Below the pieces are notes generated by a model. It saw nothing but the letters and a program-made list of their open reading frames with translations, did no database searches and had not been told where the DNA came from. Positions 52,216-64,000 of a stretch of 64,000 bases of DNA are shown here, in pieces. The position numbers and the translations under genes are program-made. Within the stretch, counting starts at the first letter, position 1, and every line of letters starts with the position of its first letter. The stretch is taken from positions 227,542,001 to 227,606,000 of the forward strand of contig NC_086097.1 in NCBI RefSeq assembly GCF_963921235.1. The letters are read 5' to 3'. The stretch comes from Mobula hypostoma (lineage: Eukaryota).

Positions 52216-53094
52216 TAGAAGGCATGGACAGAGGTGGTGTTGAGATGGAACTGAGCATCATCGGTATTGATATGACACTCAACGCAATGCCTATGAATGA
52301 TGTCACTATTGTATCCATGTCTATGTTAGTATGTGGAACGTTCTGAGTGCCTGACGTTGGCAGTTTCCACAAAATTAATGCATCCCCCACCCAGTGCTTC
52401 AGTCTGCATTGGATCTCTATTCCCACCTGGCTGCCCCGTTTTACCCACTGGGTTTTGCATCAGGGGAGCTATCGGAAGGAGCATGCGCAGCTGGTGTGTT
52501 GAAAATTTTCTACACTCTTCCAAGAAGCCTTCACTGAACTAAAGACGAAGGTTGCGTTTTCAGAGGGCTGAACTGGCTCCCAACTCCCTGAGATCCCGCA
52601 TCCACCAGCAGCACAGGAAGAGTGTGTCTGCAATGGTGTCTTCACTCACTTCCTATTCTGGATCTCCCTGTGCTAGTGGCGTGTATACCTCCAGTCCTTC
52701 TCGCTATGCTCCAGATAAGCGCCTCCCTAATGGACATCAACTGGATACCTCCGTCTAATCTAAAATATTTTCATTTCCACATCAACATCTATACCACTGC
52801 CACGCACTTCTTAGCCAACAGCCTTATCCTTCTGCACATAAAACTTCCCCTTAGCTAGCAAGAATGTCTTTCTTTGAGATATGTTGATCACTTGCATGTG
52901 ATTCTTTATGTATGGCATGGAGCATTTGAGTGGTTCAGACTTCTTCACTCCTTGAAGGAGTATTAGCAATGCTGTACTGGGCCAAAGAACTTTTCCTTTG
53001 TATCAACAGATAGAACAGATGGAAGCTGAGGACGATAAGGTGTCCTGTAAAATATGCCTCTGTTCCTCTAGATTTGTACAATATTGAGGTATAG

Positions 53095-53390
53095 AGTCAT
53101 AGAACACTACAGAGCAGACACAGGCCCTTTGACCTTATAATAACCTGCACCTGCACCTTGGCTCTCCATACCTTTCTCATCCGTGTACCTATCAAATTTT
53201 CTCTTAAGTGTTGAAATTGAACTGCTGTCAGTTCATTCCACACTTTCACCACCCCCTAAGTGAAGCTCCCCCTCACGTTCTTAAATATTTCACTCTTCAC
53301 CCTTAATTCACGACCTCTAGTTCTAGTCTCACCAATCTCATTGGAAAAGGCCTGTTTTCAATTACCCTGTCTATATCTCTTACAATTTTG
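53095..53390 (-). mobile_element. CR1 3' fragment
   Basis: Similar to 36912-37260 and 27500-27860. Confidence 0.75.
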
Positions 53391-53404
53391 TAGTTTAAAG
53401 TACA

Positions 53405-53705
53405 AATGGTGGTTGTCCTCTGTGTCCGGTGATGACAGGAAGCCTGTATGGGAGAGTTTTTAAAATGGAAAAGCCCTTGCACTGCGGCAGTTCCACTCTC
53501 TTGGCCAGTGAAATCAGGGACTAGTGCTAGGAACAAGTGTCACAAACTGGGGTCTTCCTTGGTTTGCAGTGGATAACAATAATGTCTTCTATGCCTTGTC
53601 ATGCCTTTCACTATCTATGGAGTGTTGCAGTACTGCCTTCCTAACCATTGGAACTCACAGTAGATCTCATTCACACAGTCTGCCAGAGCTGACCTTACAG
53701 GCATG
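53405..53705. repeat. Probable RTE-related dispersed repeat fragment
   Basis: Recognised from memory as a ray RTE-associated non-coding repeat; no protein motif. Confidence 0.35.
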
Positions 53706-53829
53706 TTCCTAAAAAAAGTGCAAATACAACTGCACAATTTTGAATAGTTGTCTTGTTGAAATCTCTTATTTTGAGGCTAGAGCATTCCGCAAAGACTCAA
53801 GTTGGGATAGCGATTAAAAAGAGAGATTA

Positions 53830-54120
53830 GTTTAATTTGTTAGATGCACATTGAAACATGCAGTGAAATTCATTGTTTGCATCAGATCAAGTCAGAGGGG
53901 ATCGTGCTAGGCAGACCACAAGTGTTGCCAGGCTTCCAGCACCAACATAGCACACCTGCAACTCACTAACCATAACTGCACATTTTTGGAATGTGGGAGG
54001 AAACCAGAGCACCTAGAGGAAACCTACATGATCATGGGAAAACTCCTTACAGGCAACAGTGGGAAATGAACCCAGATCTAACAGCTACTGCTGTAAAGAA
54101 TTGCTCTAAACGCTACTCTG
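53830..54120 (-). mobile_element. V-SINE, decayed
   Basis: tttggaatgtgggaggaaaccagagcacctagaggaaacc is the reverse complement of the V-domain; B-box gggttcatttccc on the minus strand. Confidence 0.72.
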
Positions 54121-54429
54121 CAGGTTAGTAGAAAGTGAACTTCTGATGCCAGCACTGTTTATATATTCTGTGGCATTCTGAGAAGGTTTGTTGTTGGAAA
54201 AATTATATCAAACAATGCAGCTTTGGAGTAAGTCTACTAGCCACTTTTTTAAAAACTTGCTTAAAAGGTGTGTGTCTGTGGAACACAGTGATCTCATATT
54301 GCAAGCACTTCGATTGCAAGCAGAATGAAAATAGACCAAGCACTAACAGGAGGGATGGAATTGAAAAGTTATGCTTAAACAGTGGCAATCACTCTTCAGA
54401 GCACACCAGGATTACTGCAAACATTTCAG

Positions 54430-57280
54430 GTGACTATGACTAGGACGAGTGACGAGGTTCTGCATAGGGAGTTCAGGGAGTTGGGTGTGAAGTTAAAGGG
54501 CAAGACCTCTAGGGTTGTGATCTCAGGAGTGCTACCCGTGCCATGTGCTAGTGAGGCCAGAACTAGAAAGACTATACAGTTTAAGACACGGCTAAGGAGT
54601 TGGTGTAGAAGGGAGGGCATACGACTTTTAGATCATTGGGCTCTCTTCCAGGGAATGTGCGACCTGTACAGAGCAGATGGTTTTCACTTGAACTGGGGGG
54701 AGACTAATAATCTAGTGGGAAGGTTTGTTAACATTGCACAGTGGGGTTTAGAGTTGCTGGGGGATGGGAGCCAGAGTGCCAGAATAGTTAGTGGAGAGGT
54801 TGTAGAGGCAGATTTTGGCAAGGCCTCAGACTAAGCTAGGAATCAAAAGATTGAGCATAGTGTAACTCGTGGTCTGAGCTGCATATATTTCAAAGCAAGT
54901 TGTAGGAAGGGCAGATTATAGTGCTGAAGATGAGGTAGATGGTTTACAAACAGGCAATGTGTAGAGAGGAGAGGCTGTTGATAGGGCAAACTTGCAGTCA
55001 GCATGATGTGTTGCAACATAAAAGGTAGACAAGATTGAAAACGGTGAATACAGGACTGAAGGTGCTGTATTTGTATGCGCGCAATATACGGAATAAGGTG
55101 GGTGAACTTGTAGCACAGTTACAGAGTAGCATGTATGATGTTGTAGGCATCACTGAAACATGAATGAAAGAAGAGTACAGATGGGGGTTTAATATCCAAG
55201 GATAGACATGCTGAAAGGACAGGCAGGAAGGCAGAGGGGGTGGCGTTGCTCTGTTGGTAAAAAATGCAATCAAGTTTTTAGAAAGAGATGACATAGGGTT
55301 AGGAAGTGTTGAATCATTGTGGATAGAACTAAGGAACTGCAAGGGTAACAGTCCCTAATGGGAGTTAGACCCCAAAGAGCTGTAAGGTTGTAGTCTACAA
55401 ATTACAATGGGAGATAGAAAATCTATTCGAAAAGGGCAATGTTACAGTAATCATGGGGGATTTCAATATGCAGGTAGATTGGGAAAATTAGGTTGGCGCT
55501 GGATTACAGGAGAGAGAATTTTCAGAGAGCCTTCAAGATGGCTTTTTAGAGCAGCTCATGGTTGAACCCTAAAGCCAGCTGGTGGCGTAGTGGCATCAGC
55601 GCCGGACTTCGGAGCAAAGGCTCCCGAGTTCGAACCCAGCTGGCTCCCCCTGGCACGCTTTCCATCCATGCTGGGTTGAGCGTCGAGCTAGCAACTCGAC
55701 CTCGTAAAGAAGAAATTGTCTGCTACAGAAACATCAACAGCAAAAAGTTGATGGCCTTTGCTCTCTCGTGAGTTTAAAAAGCAATTTCCTTTTCCTATGG
55801 TTGAACCCACTGGGGGATCATTTATTCTGGATTGGGTGTTGAGCAATGAACCAGACTTGATTAGAGAGCCTAAGGTAAAAGAACCCTTAGGGAAAAGTGA
55901 TCATAATATAATCGAATTCACCCTGAAATTGAGAAGGAGAGGCCGAAGTCAGATGTATCAGTATTATAGTGGTGTAAGGGAATTACAGAGGCATGAGAGA
56001 GTAGTTGACCAAAATTGATTAGAAAAGAACACTGGCAAGGATGACAACAGAGGAGCAAAGGCTGCAATTTCTGGAAGCAATTCAGCACAGAATATATACA
56101 TCCCAAAGATGAAAAAGTATTCTAAAGGCAAAATGGCGCAACCGTGGCTATCAAGAGAAGTCAAAGCCAACATAAAAGCCAAAGGAAGAGCATATAATTG
56201 AGCAAAGATCAGTGGGAAGTTAGAGAATTAGGAAACTTTTAGAAACCAGCAGAAGGCGACTAAAAAAGTCATTGAGAAGGTAAAGATAGAATAGGAAAGT
56301 AAACTAGCCAATAATATTAAAGAAGATTTGGATGATGGAATTGATGGCTTTGTTGCAAAGTTTGCAGATGATATGAAGCTAGGTGGAGAAGCAAACAGCT
56401 CTGAGAATGTAGTGAGACTACAAAAGCACCTAGGAGAATGGGCAAAGAGATGACAGATGGAATACAGTGTTGGGACATGTATGGTTATGCTCTTTGGTAG
56501 AAGAAATGAAAGGGTGGACTATTTTATAAATGGAGAAAAAATACAAAAAACTGAGGTGCAAAGGGTCCGGGAATCCTTGTAAAGAATTCCCTAAAAGTTA
56601 ATTTAAAGGTTGAGTCTGTGGAGAGGAAGGCAAATGCAATGTTAGCATTCATTTCAAGGGGACTAGAATATAACAGCAAGGATGTAATGAAGAGACTTTA
56701 TAAAGCACTGGTGAGGACTCACTTGGAGTATTGTGAGCATTTTTGGGCCCCTTATTGAAGAAATGATGTGCTGAAAGTGGAGAGGGTTCAAAGGAGGTTC
56801 ACAAAAATGATTCCAGGATTGAATGGCTTGTCATATGAAGAGATTGCTCTTGACCAGTATTCACTAGAATTCAAAAGAATGAGAGGTGACCTTATTGAAA
56901 CCTGTCAAATGGTGAAAGGACTTGATGCAGTGGATGTGGAGAGGATGTTTCTGATAGCGTGAGAGTCTAAGACCAGAGGACACAGCCTCAGAATAAAGGT
57001 GCGACTTTTTAGAATGGGGATGAGGAGGATTTTCTTTAGCTATAAAGTGGCGAATCCATAGAATTCTTTGCTGCAGGCAGCCATGGAGGCCAAGTCTTTT
57101 ATATATATTTAAGGCAGAGGTTGAAAGATTCTTGATAGGTCAGGGTATGAAGGGATACGAGGAGAAGGAAGGAGATTGGGGCTGAGAGGAAAATTGGATT
57201 TGCCATGATGAAATGGCAGAGCAGACACGATGTGCCAAATGGCCTAATTCTGATTCTATATCTTGAGGTTTTATGGTCTT
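54430..57280 (+). mobile_element. Degenerate CR1 (ORF1 esterase remnant, EN, large deletion near 56325, RT C-terminus, tail)
   Basis: TSRVVISGVLPVP...DGFHLN, PLGKSDHNII, ERVQRRFTKMIPG; (tcttatgg)n-type tail. Confidence 0.88.
55570..55796 (+). mobile_element. tRNA-Arg(UCG)-derived SINE inserted in CR1
   Basis: A box TGGCGTAGTGG, anticodon-loop-like GACTTCGGA, B box GAGTTCGAACCC; 12-bp TSD ATGGTTGAACCC (55558-55569, 55797-55808). Confidence 0.85.
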
Positions 57281-57329
57281 ATATTAGATAAGGGATATAT
57301 CACTATATCTTCATATCAGAGAGGTTGTG

Positions 57330-57616
57330 GAGAACAACACACACAAAATGCTGGATGAACTCAATGCGTCAGGCAGCATCTTTGGAGGGGAAAAAACAGT
57401 TGCCATTTTGGGCTGAGTCCCTTCATGAGCACTGGAGAGGAAGGGGGCAGAATTTCCTGCTTCTGCCCCTTTTTTTTTCAACCCTAATCAAGGATAAAAG
57501 CCCAATACATTGACTGTGCTTTTCCTTCCATAGATGGTGCCTGGCCATCTGAGTTCCTTTATTATTTTGTGTGTGTTGATCCAGATTTTATGCATCTGCA
57601 GAATCTCTTGTGTCTT
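57330..57616. mobile_element. Penelope pLTR palindrome, older copy
   Basis: caacacacacaaaatgctgg... / ...attttgtgtgtgttg plus 3' extension gcatctgcagaatctcttgtgt. Confidence 0.78.
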
Positions 57617-59422
57617 CCAGGTTCAGAGAAACTTTATAATAATGGTACCAGAAATTCAAGGATATACACATTGGGGAAATTTGGACAGACTAGAGAAAAG
57701 GAAGCTGGGGATTGAGTTAATGGCAGTTATTAAAATGCTGAGAACTTTTGGCAGAACTGATGGGGAGAAAATGTTTCCAGTTGTAGGGAAAATGATTGCC
57801 TGAGGCCATCAATACTTGAGGGTCAGTAAGAAATATAACAGGAAATTCAGGACAAACCTCTTTATAAAATAAGTGTTGAGAATGTGTAATTTAATCCTAC
57901 AGGAAGCAATTGAAGGTAAAATTTAGAAACATTTAAGGAGACATTATACAAGCATCTGTGACAGAAGGGAGAAGAGATTTCATTAATAAATATAGATGAT
58001 GGCAAAGGGAGGAGATAGGAATGGAACATAAGGAATAGTATACCCAATGAGCCAATTTTTTTTATTTCTGGTCTATGTGTTCTACAAAAGTTGGTAGGAA
58101 TGACCAGTGGCATCTTTAGAGAGTCATAGCAATTCGATGAACAGCCTTCCTATGCGGTCAAAGGGGACATGCCAAATTCTGTTCACCTCCTGAGGAAGTA
58201 GAGGCACTGATGTGTTTTCTTTGTAGATGGTGTTGCTCACACTTAGGAACCTAAAGCTCTTACTCTTTCATCCTCACCATGGTATAAAAGAGCATGTGCA
58301 CCACCCTCCTTCCTGAAGTTAATGAGCTGCTCTTTTGTTATTTTTGGTCAGGTAGTCAAGGATGAAGTTACAAAGGGAGGCACTGAATCCCAGTCTTGGA
58401 GTTTGGAGATAAGTTTGCATTAGAAAATGTATATATAGAAATCTTGTGAGCTGCTTGCAAATCATCAACAATATATGTCACCAGCATCATCTTCATCGCC
58501 AAATTGGTTATTTATCAGCCTATGTTTACGTACAGTTTTTCATAAATTCTATAGTACTTATTATCTGTAAATATAAGTAAGTAAATATCCTTATCATATG
58601 GATTTCAGCAAGGCGTTTAACAAGGTACCCCATGCAAGGCTTATTGAGAAAGTAAGGAGGCATGGGATCCATGGGAACATTGTGTTGTGGATCCAGAATT
58701 GGGTTGTCCACAGAAGGCAAAGAGTGGTTGTAGTCAGGTCATATTTTGCATGGAGGTCGGTGACCAGTGGTGTGCCTTAGGACCTGTTCTGGGACCCCTT
58801 CTCTTTGTGATTTTTATAAATGACCTGGATGAGGAAGTGGAGGGATAGGTTAGTAAATTTTCTGATGACACAAAGTTTAGTTGTGTTGTGGATAGTGTGG
58901 AGGGCTGTCAGGGGTTACAACGGGACATCAGTAGGATGCAAAACTGGGCTGAGAAGTGGCAGATGGCGTTGAACCGAGATAAGTGTGAGGTGGTTCATTT
59001 TTTTAAGTCAAATATGACGGCAGAATATAGTATTAATGGTAAAACTCTTGGCAGAATGGAGGATCAGAGGGATCTTGGAGTCCAAGTCCATAGGACATTC
59101 AAAGCTGCTGTGCAGGTTGACTGTGTAGTTAAGAAGGCATACAGTGTATTGGCCTTCATCAACTGTGGGATGGAGTTCAAGAGCCGAGAGGTAATGTTGC
59201 AACTATATAGGACCCTGGTCAGACACCACTTGGAGTACTGTGCTCAGTTCTGGTCTGCTCATTACAGGAAGGATGTGGAAACTATAGAAAGGGTGCAAAG
59301 GAGGTTTACAAGTATGTTGCCTGGATTGGAGACATGCCTTATGACAATAGGTTGAGTGAACTTGGCCTTTTCTCCTTGGAGCGACGGAGGATGAGAGGTG
59401 ACCTGATAGAGGTGTACAAGAT

Positions 59423-60637
59423 CAGGGGTCCCCAACCACCGGGCTGCAAAGCATGCGCTACCGGGCCACGAGGAAACGATATGATTTGGCGATATGAGTC
59501 AGCTGCAACTTTCCTCATTCCCTGTCACGCGCTGTTGAATTTGAATGCACGCAAGGTCATTACCTGCGCGCCATCCATGTCAGCGCAGGAAGGAGATCAA
59601 CTCCACGAGCTTGCAAATGACGGCGGGCTGAAAAGTATGTTTGACATAACACCTCCACCGGCATTCTGGATCAAAGTCAAGGCTAAATATCCTGAGATAG
59701 CCACGAAAGCACTGAAAACATTGCTTCCATTTCCAACATACCTCTGCAATGAATGCAACGAAAACTAAATTGCGGAATAGTCTGGACATAAGGAACCCCG
59801 TTCGAGTATCGCTGTCTCCCATCACCCCTTGATGGCACCATCTTGTTGCAGGAAACCAAGTATTCAGCCCAGGGCTCCCACTGATTCAGCGATATTGGTG
59901 TGTTGCAATGATTTTATATGTTCATATGAGGAAAATATGCTCTGTGTGTTTAATATCCAGACGTTACTTAAAACGTTATGAGGCTATTGACTTATAAGTG
60001 ACTTACATAACCATATAACAATTACAGCACGGAAATGGGCCATCTCTGCCCTTCTAGTCCATGCCAAATGCTTACGCTCACCTAGTCCCACCGACCTGCA
60101 CTCAGCCCATAACCCTCCATTCCTTTCCTGTCCATATACCTATCCAATTTTTCTTTAAATGATAATATCGAATCTGCCTCTACTACTTCTACGGGAAGTT
60201 CATTCGACACTTACTTCAAGCTCTCCTGTCCTCCCCTGATAATTGACTTATCACTATATTCATGCGAGGAAAATATGCGTTGTGTGTTTGATATTAAATT
60301 CGTTAGAGAAACCTTTTAGAAACGAAATTGAGCGTATTAGCCACTTATCACCTATATTCCGGTCGTGATTAACACCCACCCCCCTCGACAAGAATTGCCA
60401 AAAACCATTTGTAGGAAAAAATCGGCACGTACATGCATGCGAAAGTCACGCATGCGAATTGGTGCCCGCGCAAGGCTTCATGGTCTTTCTCGGGGTAAAC
60501 ACAACGTATTTGACTGCTACTCTTGTCCGTTGGCAACCCTTCCCCACCCCCGCCAACCCCCGGCCGGGTCGGCCGGTCCGCAAGAACATTGTCAATATTA
60601 AACCGGTCTGCAGTGCAAAAAAGGTTGGGGACCCCTG
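59423..60637 (+). mobile_element. Internally deleted Charlie/MER1-type hAT element (same family as 19377-22432)
   Basis: Perfect 15-bp TIR CAGGGGTCCCCAACC / GGTTGGGGACCCCTG; perfect 8-bp TSD TACAAGAT (59415-59422, 60638-60645); transposase C-terminal FWIKVKAKYPEIATKALKTLLPFPT. Confidence 0.95.
60007..60208 (-). mobile_element. CR1 3' tail fragment inside the hAT element
   Basis: Matches 27485-27697; flanked by ACTTAC (60001-60006, 60209-60214). Confidence 0.85.
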
Positions 60638-61017
60638 TACAAGATGATGATGAGAGGCATTGATCATATGGATAGCCGGAGGCTTTTTCCCAGGGCTGAA
60701 ATGGCTAACACGGGAGGACACAAGTTTTAAGGTGCTTGGAATTAGGTTTCCGGGAGATATCAGGGGCAAGTTTTTTTACGCAGAGAGTTGTGAGTACGTG
60801 GAATAGGCTGCCAGTGAGGTGGTGGAGGTGGATACAATAGGGTCTTTTAAGAGACTCCTGGATAGGTACATAGAGTTTAGAAGAATAGAGGACTATGGGT
60901 AATCCTAGGTGATTTCTAAAGTAAGTACATGTTCAGCACAGCTTTGTGGACTGAAGGGCCTGTATTGTGCTGTAGGTTTTTTGTTTCTGTTTCTATATCT
61001 GTAACAAAATGAATCTC

Positions 61018-61870
61018 AATTCAAAGATTCAAAGATTCAAAAAACTTTATTGTCATTCTAACATCAGCTTTATACATCAGCTCTGCAGGGCAGAATGAGA
61101 CAGTGTTCCTCAGGGGCAGTGCAATCATAACATAACAAACACAACACTAAATAATAAACATAACAATAAATAGTAAAACACAACAGCCACATGTCAGTTA
61201 AAATCAAGTTATAAATGTCCAGTGCGAGTTAAAAGTGTCCAAAGCAGAGTCAGGTGGAGCAGCTATTTAGCAGTCTGACTGCCTGTGGGAGGAAGCTGTT
61301 TAGTAGCCTTGTGGTTTTAGTTTTGATGCTGCTGTAACATTTGCCTGATGGCAGAAGAACAAACAGTTCATGGAGAGGGTGCGAGGGGCCTTTAATGATG
61401 TACCATGTCTTCTAGAGGCATCGACTCTGAAAGTGGTCTTGGACAGAAGGTAGGGAGACCCCAATAACCTTCTCTACTCCCCTAACCACCCTCTGCAAGG
61501 CTTTTTTGTCGACAGCACTGCAGCTGGAGTACCAGGTTGTGATGCAAAAGGTCAGCACACTCTCAACCACGCCTCTGTAGAATGTAGTTAAGATGTTAGT
61601 GGGGAGTGATGCTTGTTTAAGCTTCCTCAGAAAGTGCAATCTCTGCTGGGCCCGTTTCACAATCCCAGTGGTGTTCCTGGACCAGGTGAGATTGTCCGAG
61701 ATCTGCACCCCAAGAAACTTGATGTTTTCCACTCTCTCCACTGTGGAGCCGTGATGCTGAGGGGTGTGTGCTCAGGCTGAGACCGTCTGAAATCGACGAT
61801 CATCTCCTTGGTTTTGGTGACATTAAGCATCAAGTTGTTATCCCTGCACCAGCTCTCTAGGTGTTTGGTA
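61018..61870 (-). mobile_element. Rex1/Babar-type LINE 3' fragment (fourth family)
   Basis: NLMLNVTKTKEMIVDFRR, KFLGVQISDNLTW, KRAQQRLHFLRKL; AATAAA plus (tctttgaa)n tail. Confidence 0.88.
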
Positions 61871-62289
61871 ACCATCCAGGCCATGCTCTCTTCTTGCTGT
61901 TGTCTTGGGAAGGAGATACATGTCCCATACCACCAGGGTCTGTAACAGTTATCATCCATCAACCATCAGTATCCTGAACTAGCGACGATAACTTCACTCA
62001 CCTCAACACTGAACTGACCACTGTACACCACCTATAGACTCACTATTAAGGAGTCTACAATTCATGCTTTCAGTTTTATTTATTTATTGTTATTATTTTT
62101 TTTTGTATTTGCAGTTTGTCTGTTGTATGTTGATTGCTTGACAGCCTCTGCTTGCCTGTAGTTTTTCATTGATTATCATGTGTTTCTTTCTCCTACTGTG
62201 AATGCCCGCAAGAAAACGACAACATATGGTGACATATGCATACTTTGACAAGAAATTAAACTTTGACTTTGACTTTGAGGTTTGCTTGG

Positions 62290-62575
62290 AGTTTAAGTAT
62301 TGAAGGCAGACCTACAGTTAATAAAGAATAGTCTAACACAGATATCTTTAATGTCCAGATGCTCCAGAGGTGAGTGTAGGGTCAGGGAAATAGCAAAAGC
62401 CGTGGTCCTATTTTGGCATGAGGTTGAAGTTGTCTGGAAGGCTGGAACTGATATGTGCATGACCAGACTCTCAAAGCACTTCATGGCAGAGCGACTGGGC
62501 AGTAGTCATTAAGGCATGCTATTTTGTTTTTCTTTGGTGCTGCAATGATAGTTGTCTCATTAAAGCAGGTAGAAA
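62290..62575 (-). mobile_element. Decayed Rex1-type RT fragment
   Basis: MKCFESLVM...VRLFFINCRSAFNT. Confidence 0.7.
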
Positions 62576-62729
62576 CTTCAAATGAAACATGTGATCACAC
62601 AATTGATATAATTCCAGAAACTTCCATGCATTTGGTAGTGCAGCTATGGAAATGAAATCCAAGGGGTATTAATCATCAAAAAAACACATGCTAATTCCCT
62701 CCTTTCAGTGAAACAATGGCATGAACTGC

Positions 62730-63815
62730 ACTGCTAGCAGAGAAGTTCAAGGACAATGTTGAACAGGTTTGCTAGAGCTGTTGGGGAGGGTCTAAACTAA
62801 GTTGGCAGGGGGATGGGAATTGGAGTGATAGGGCTGAGGATAAGGCACTTGGTAAACAAATTGATGCAGCGGGACTGTAAGGAAGGACAGGCAGATGATA
62901 GGGCAACATTGCAGTCAGTGAGATGAGGTGAAGTGTAACATGGGAGAAAAATTGAAAAGAGTAATGAATATAGGACTTAAGATGTTATAGTTGAATGCAC
63001 ACAATATACAGAGAAAGGCAGATGATCCTGTCACACACTTAGAGGTTGGCAGGTATGACATTGTGGGCACTACTGAGACGCCAGTAAAAGAAGATCATAG
63101 TTGGGAGCTTAACATCCAACGGTACACCTTGTGCCGAAAGAACAGGCAGGTAGGCAGAGGGGGTGGGGAGGCTCTGTTGGTAAAAAATGAAATCAAGTTC
63201 TTAAAAGAAGTAGGCATACTGTGGAAGGGGAAGATGTAGAATCTTGCAGGTAGAGATAATAAACCGCGAGCTTAAAAAGACCATGATAGAAGTTATACAC
63301 AGGCATTTGAACAGTAGCTAGGATGTGGAATATAAATTTCAAAGGGAAATAGAAAAGATGTGTAATAATAGTCATTGGGAAGTTTCAATACACAGGTAAA
63401 TTGGGAAAATCAGGTTGGTGCTGTATCCCAGATATGGAATTTGTAGAATGCCTACAAAATAGCTTTTTAAAGCAGCTGGTAGTTTGCCCCACTAGGGGAA
63501 AGGCAATTCTGGATTGGGTTTTGTGCAATGAACCAGATTTGATTAAGGAGCTTAAGGTAAAGGAACCCTTAAGAGTCAGAGATCATAATATGATAGAATT
63601 CTCTCTGCAGGTTGGGAGGAAGAAGATGAAGTCAGCTGCATCAGTATTACTGTGGAGTAAGGGGAATTAAAGAGACATGAGAGGAGAGATGACCAAAGCT
63701 GATTGGAAGAGGACGTTAGCAGGGTGACTGGAGTTTCTGCGGGGGAAGGCATGGGATAGATACATCCCAAAAATGAAGAAGTATTCTCAAAGAAGGATGA
63801 GGCAACTGTGGAAGT
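62730..63815 (+). mobile_element. Degenerate CR1 (ORF1 end and APE endonuclease region)
   Basis: YDIVGTTET, RQVGRGGG, AILDWVLCNEPDLI...DHNMIEF. Confidence 0.85.
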
Positions 63816-64000
63816 CATGAGGAGGCCCTTTCATTGGTCAGGGCCGATCATGGATTTTCTGTCCCAACTGTCTACATGGTACACAAATGAGCGAAGTATG
63901 ATATGGAGATCAAGCTATTGAGCAATCAGCAGGCTCCCCCTCTCCACGCAGCTGATGAATCCCAAGGAACAGTAGAGACTGATACAGTTTGGTACTAGCA
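63815..64000 (+). repeat. Different repeat, possibly the 5' end of an RTE-related element; runs off the window
   Basis: Abrupt end of CR1 similarity; self-complementary segments; family recognised from memory only. Confidence 0.35.

Larger units (their letters stand above)
58590..60995 (+). mobile_element. 5'-truncated CR1 (RT to tail) split by a hAT element
   Basis: MDFSKAFNKVPH, NWAEKWQM, RRRMRGDLIEVYK | resumes atgatgagaggcattgat. Confidence 0.9.

Noticed and set aside
55574..55644. Functional tRNA gene
   Set aside because: Anticodon and T stems do not pair properly and it is the head of a TSD-flanked SINE.
59334..59768. 144-aa ORF as a CR1-hAT fusion protein
   Set aside because: Chance read-through across the insertion junction, starting out of frame in a decayed CR1.
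63952..63985. CTGATGA as a hammerhead core
   Set aside because: No GAAA after the short stem and no stem I/III geometry.

Overview
Eukaryotic, vertebrate-type non-coding DNA. From the repeat repertoire it is most likely a cartilaginous fish, probably a ray (inference). No host protein-coding gene can be supported. Almost every ORF in the track is a fragment, antisense shadow or chimera of a transposable element. Roughly three quarters of the window is nested TE sequence. This includes several CR1-clade LINE families, among them a near-full-length copy at 7607-11348 with an SGNH-esterase ORF1 and an APE-RT ORF2. It also includes Rex1/Babar-type LINE fragments, two Penelope-like (PLE) families (RT + GIY-YIG) with many pLTR-derived palindromes, an L1 3' end, two solo LTRs, two Charlie/MER1-type hAT copies with TIRs and 8-bp TSDs, Tc1-like hairpin/MITE elements, V-SINEs, a DeuSINE-like SINE and a tRNA-Arg(UCG)-derived SINE. 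The most interesting signal is an RNA one. About ten decayed copies of a PLE-borne minimal type I hammerhead ribozyme motif (consensus AGTC-CTGAWGA-AGGGTCTCGGCCC-GAAA-CGTC-GACT) occur on both strands. Several sit in head-to-head palindromic units that share a fixed asymmetric breakpoint. Two TE-free AT-rich islands of about 1.8-1.9 kb are candidate constrained regulatory regions, and one contains a 14-bp G.U-compatible hairpin. Boundaries without a stated TSD or TIR are approximate.
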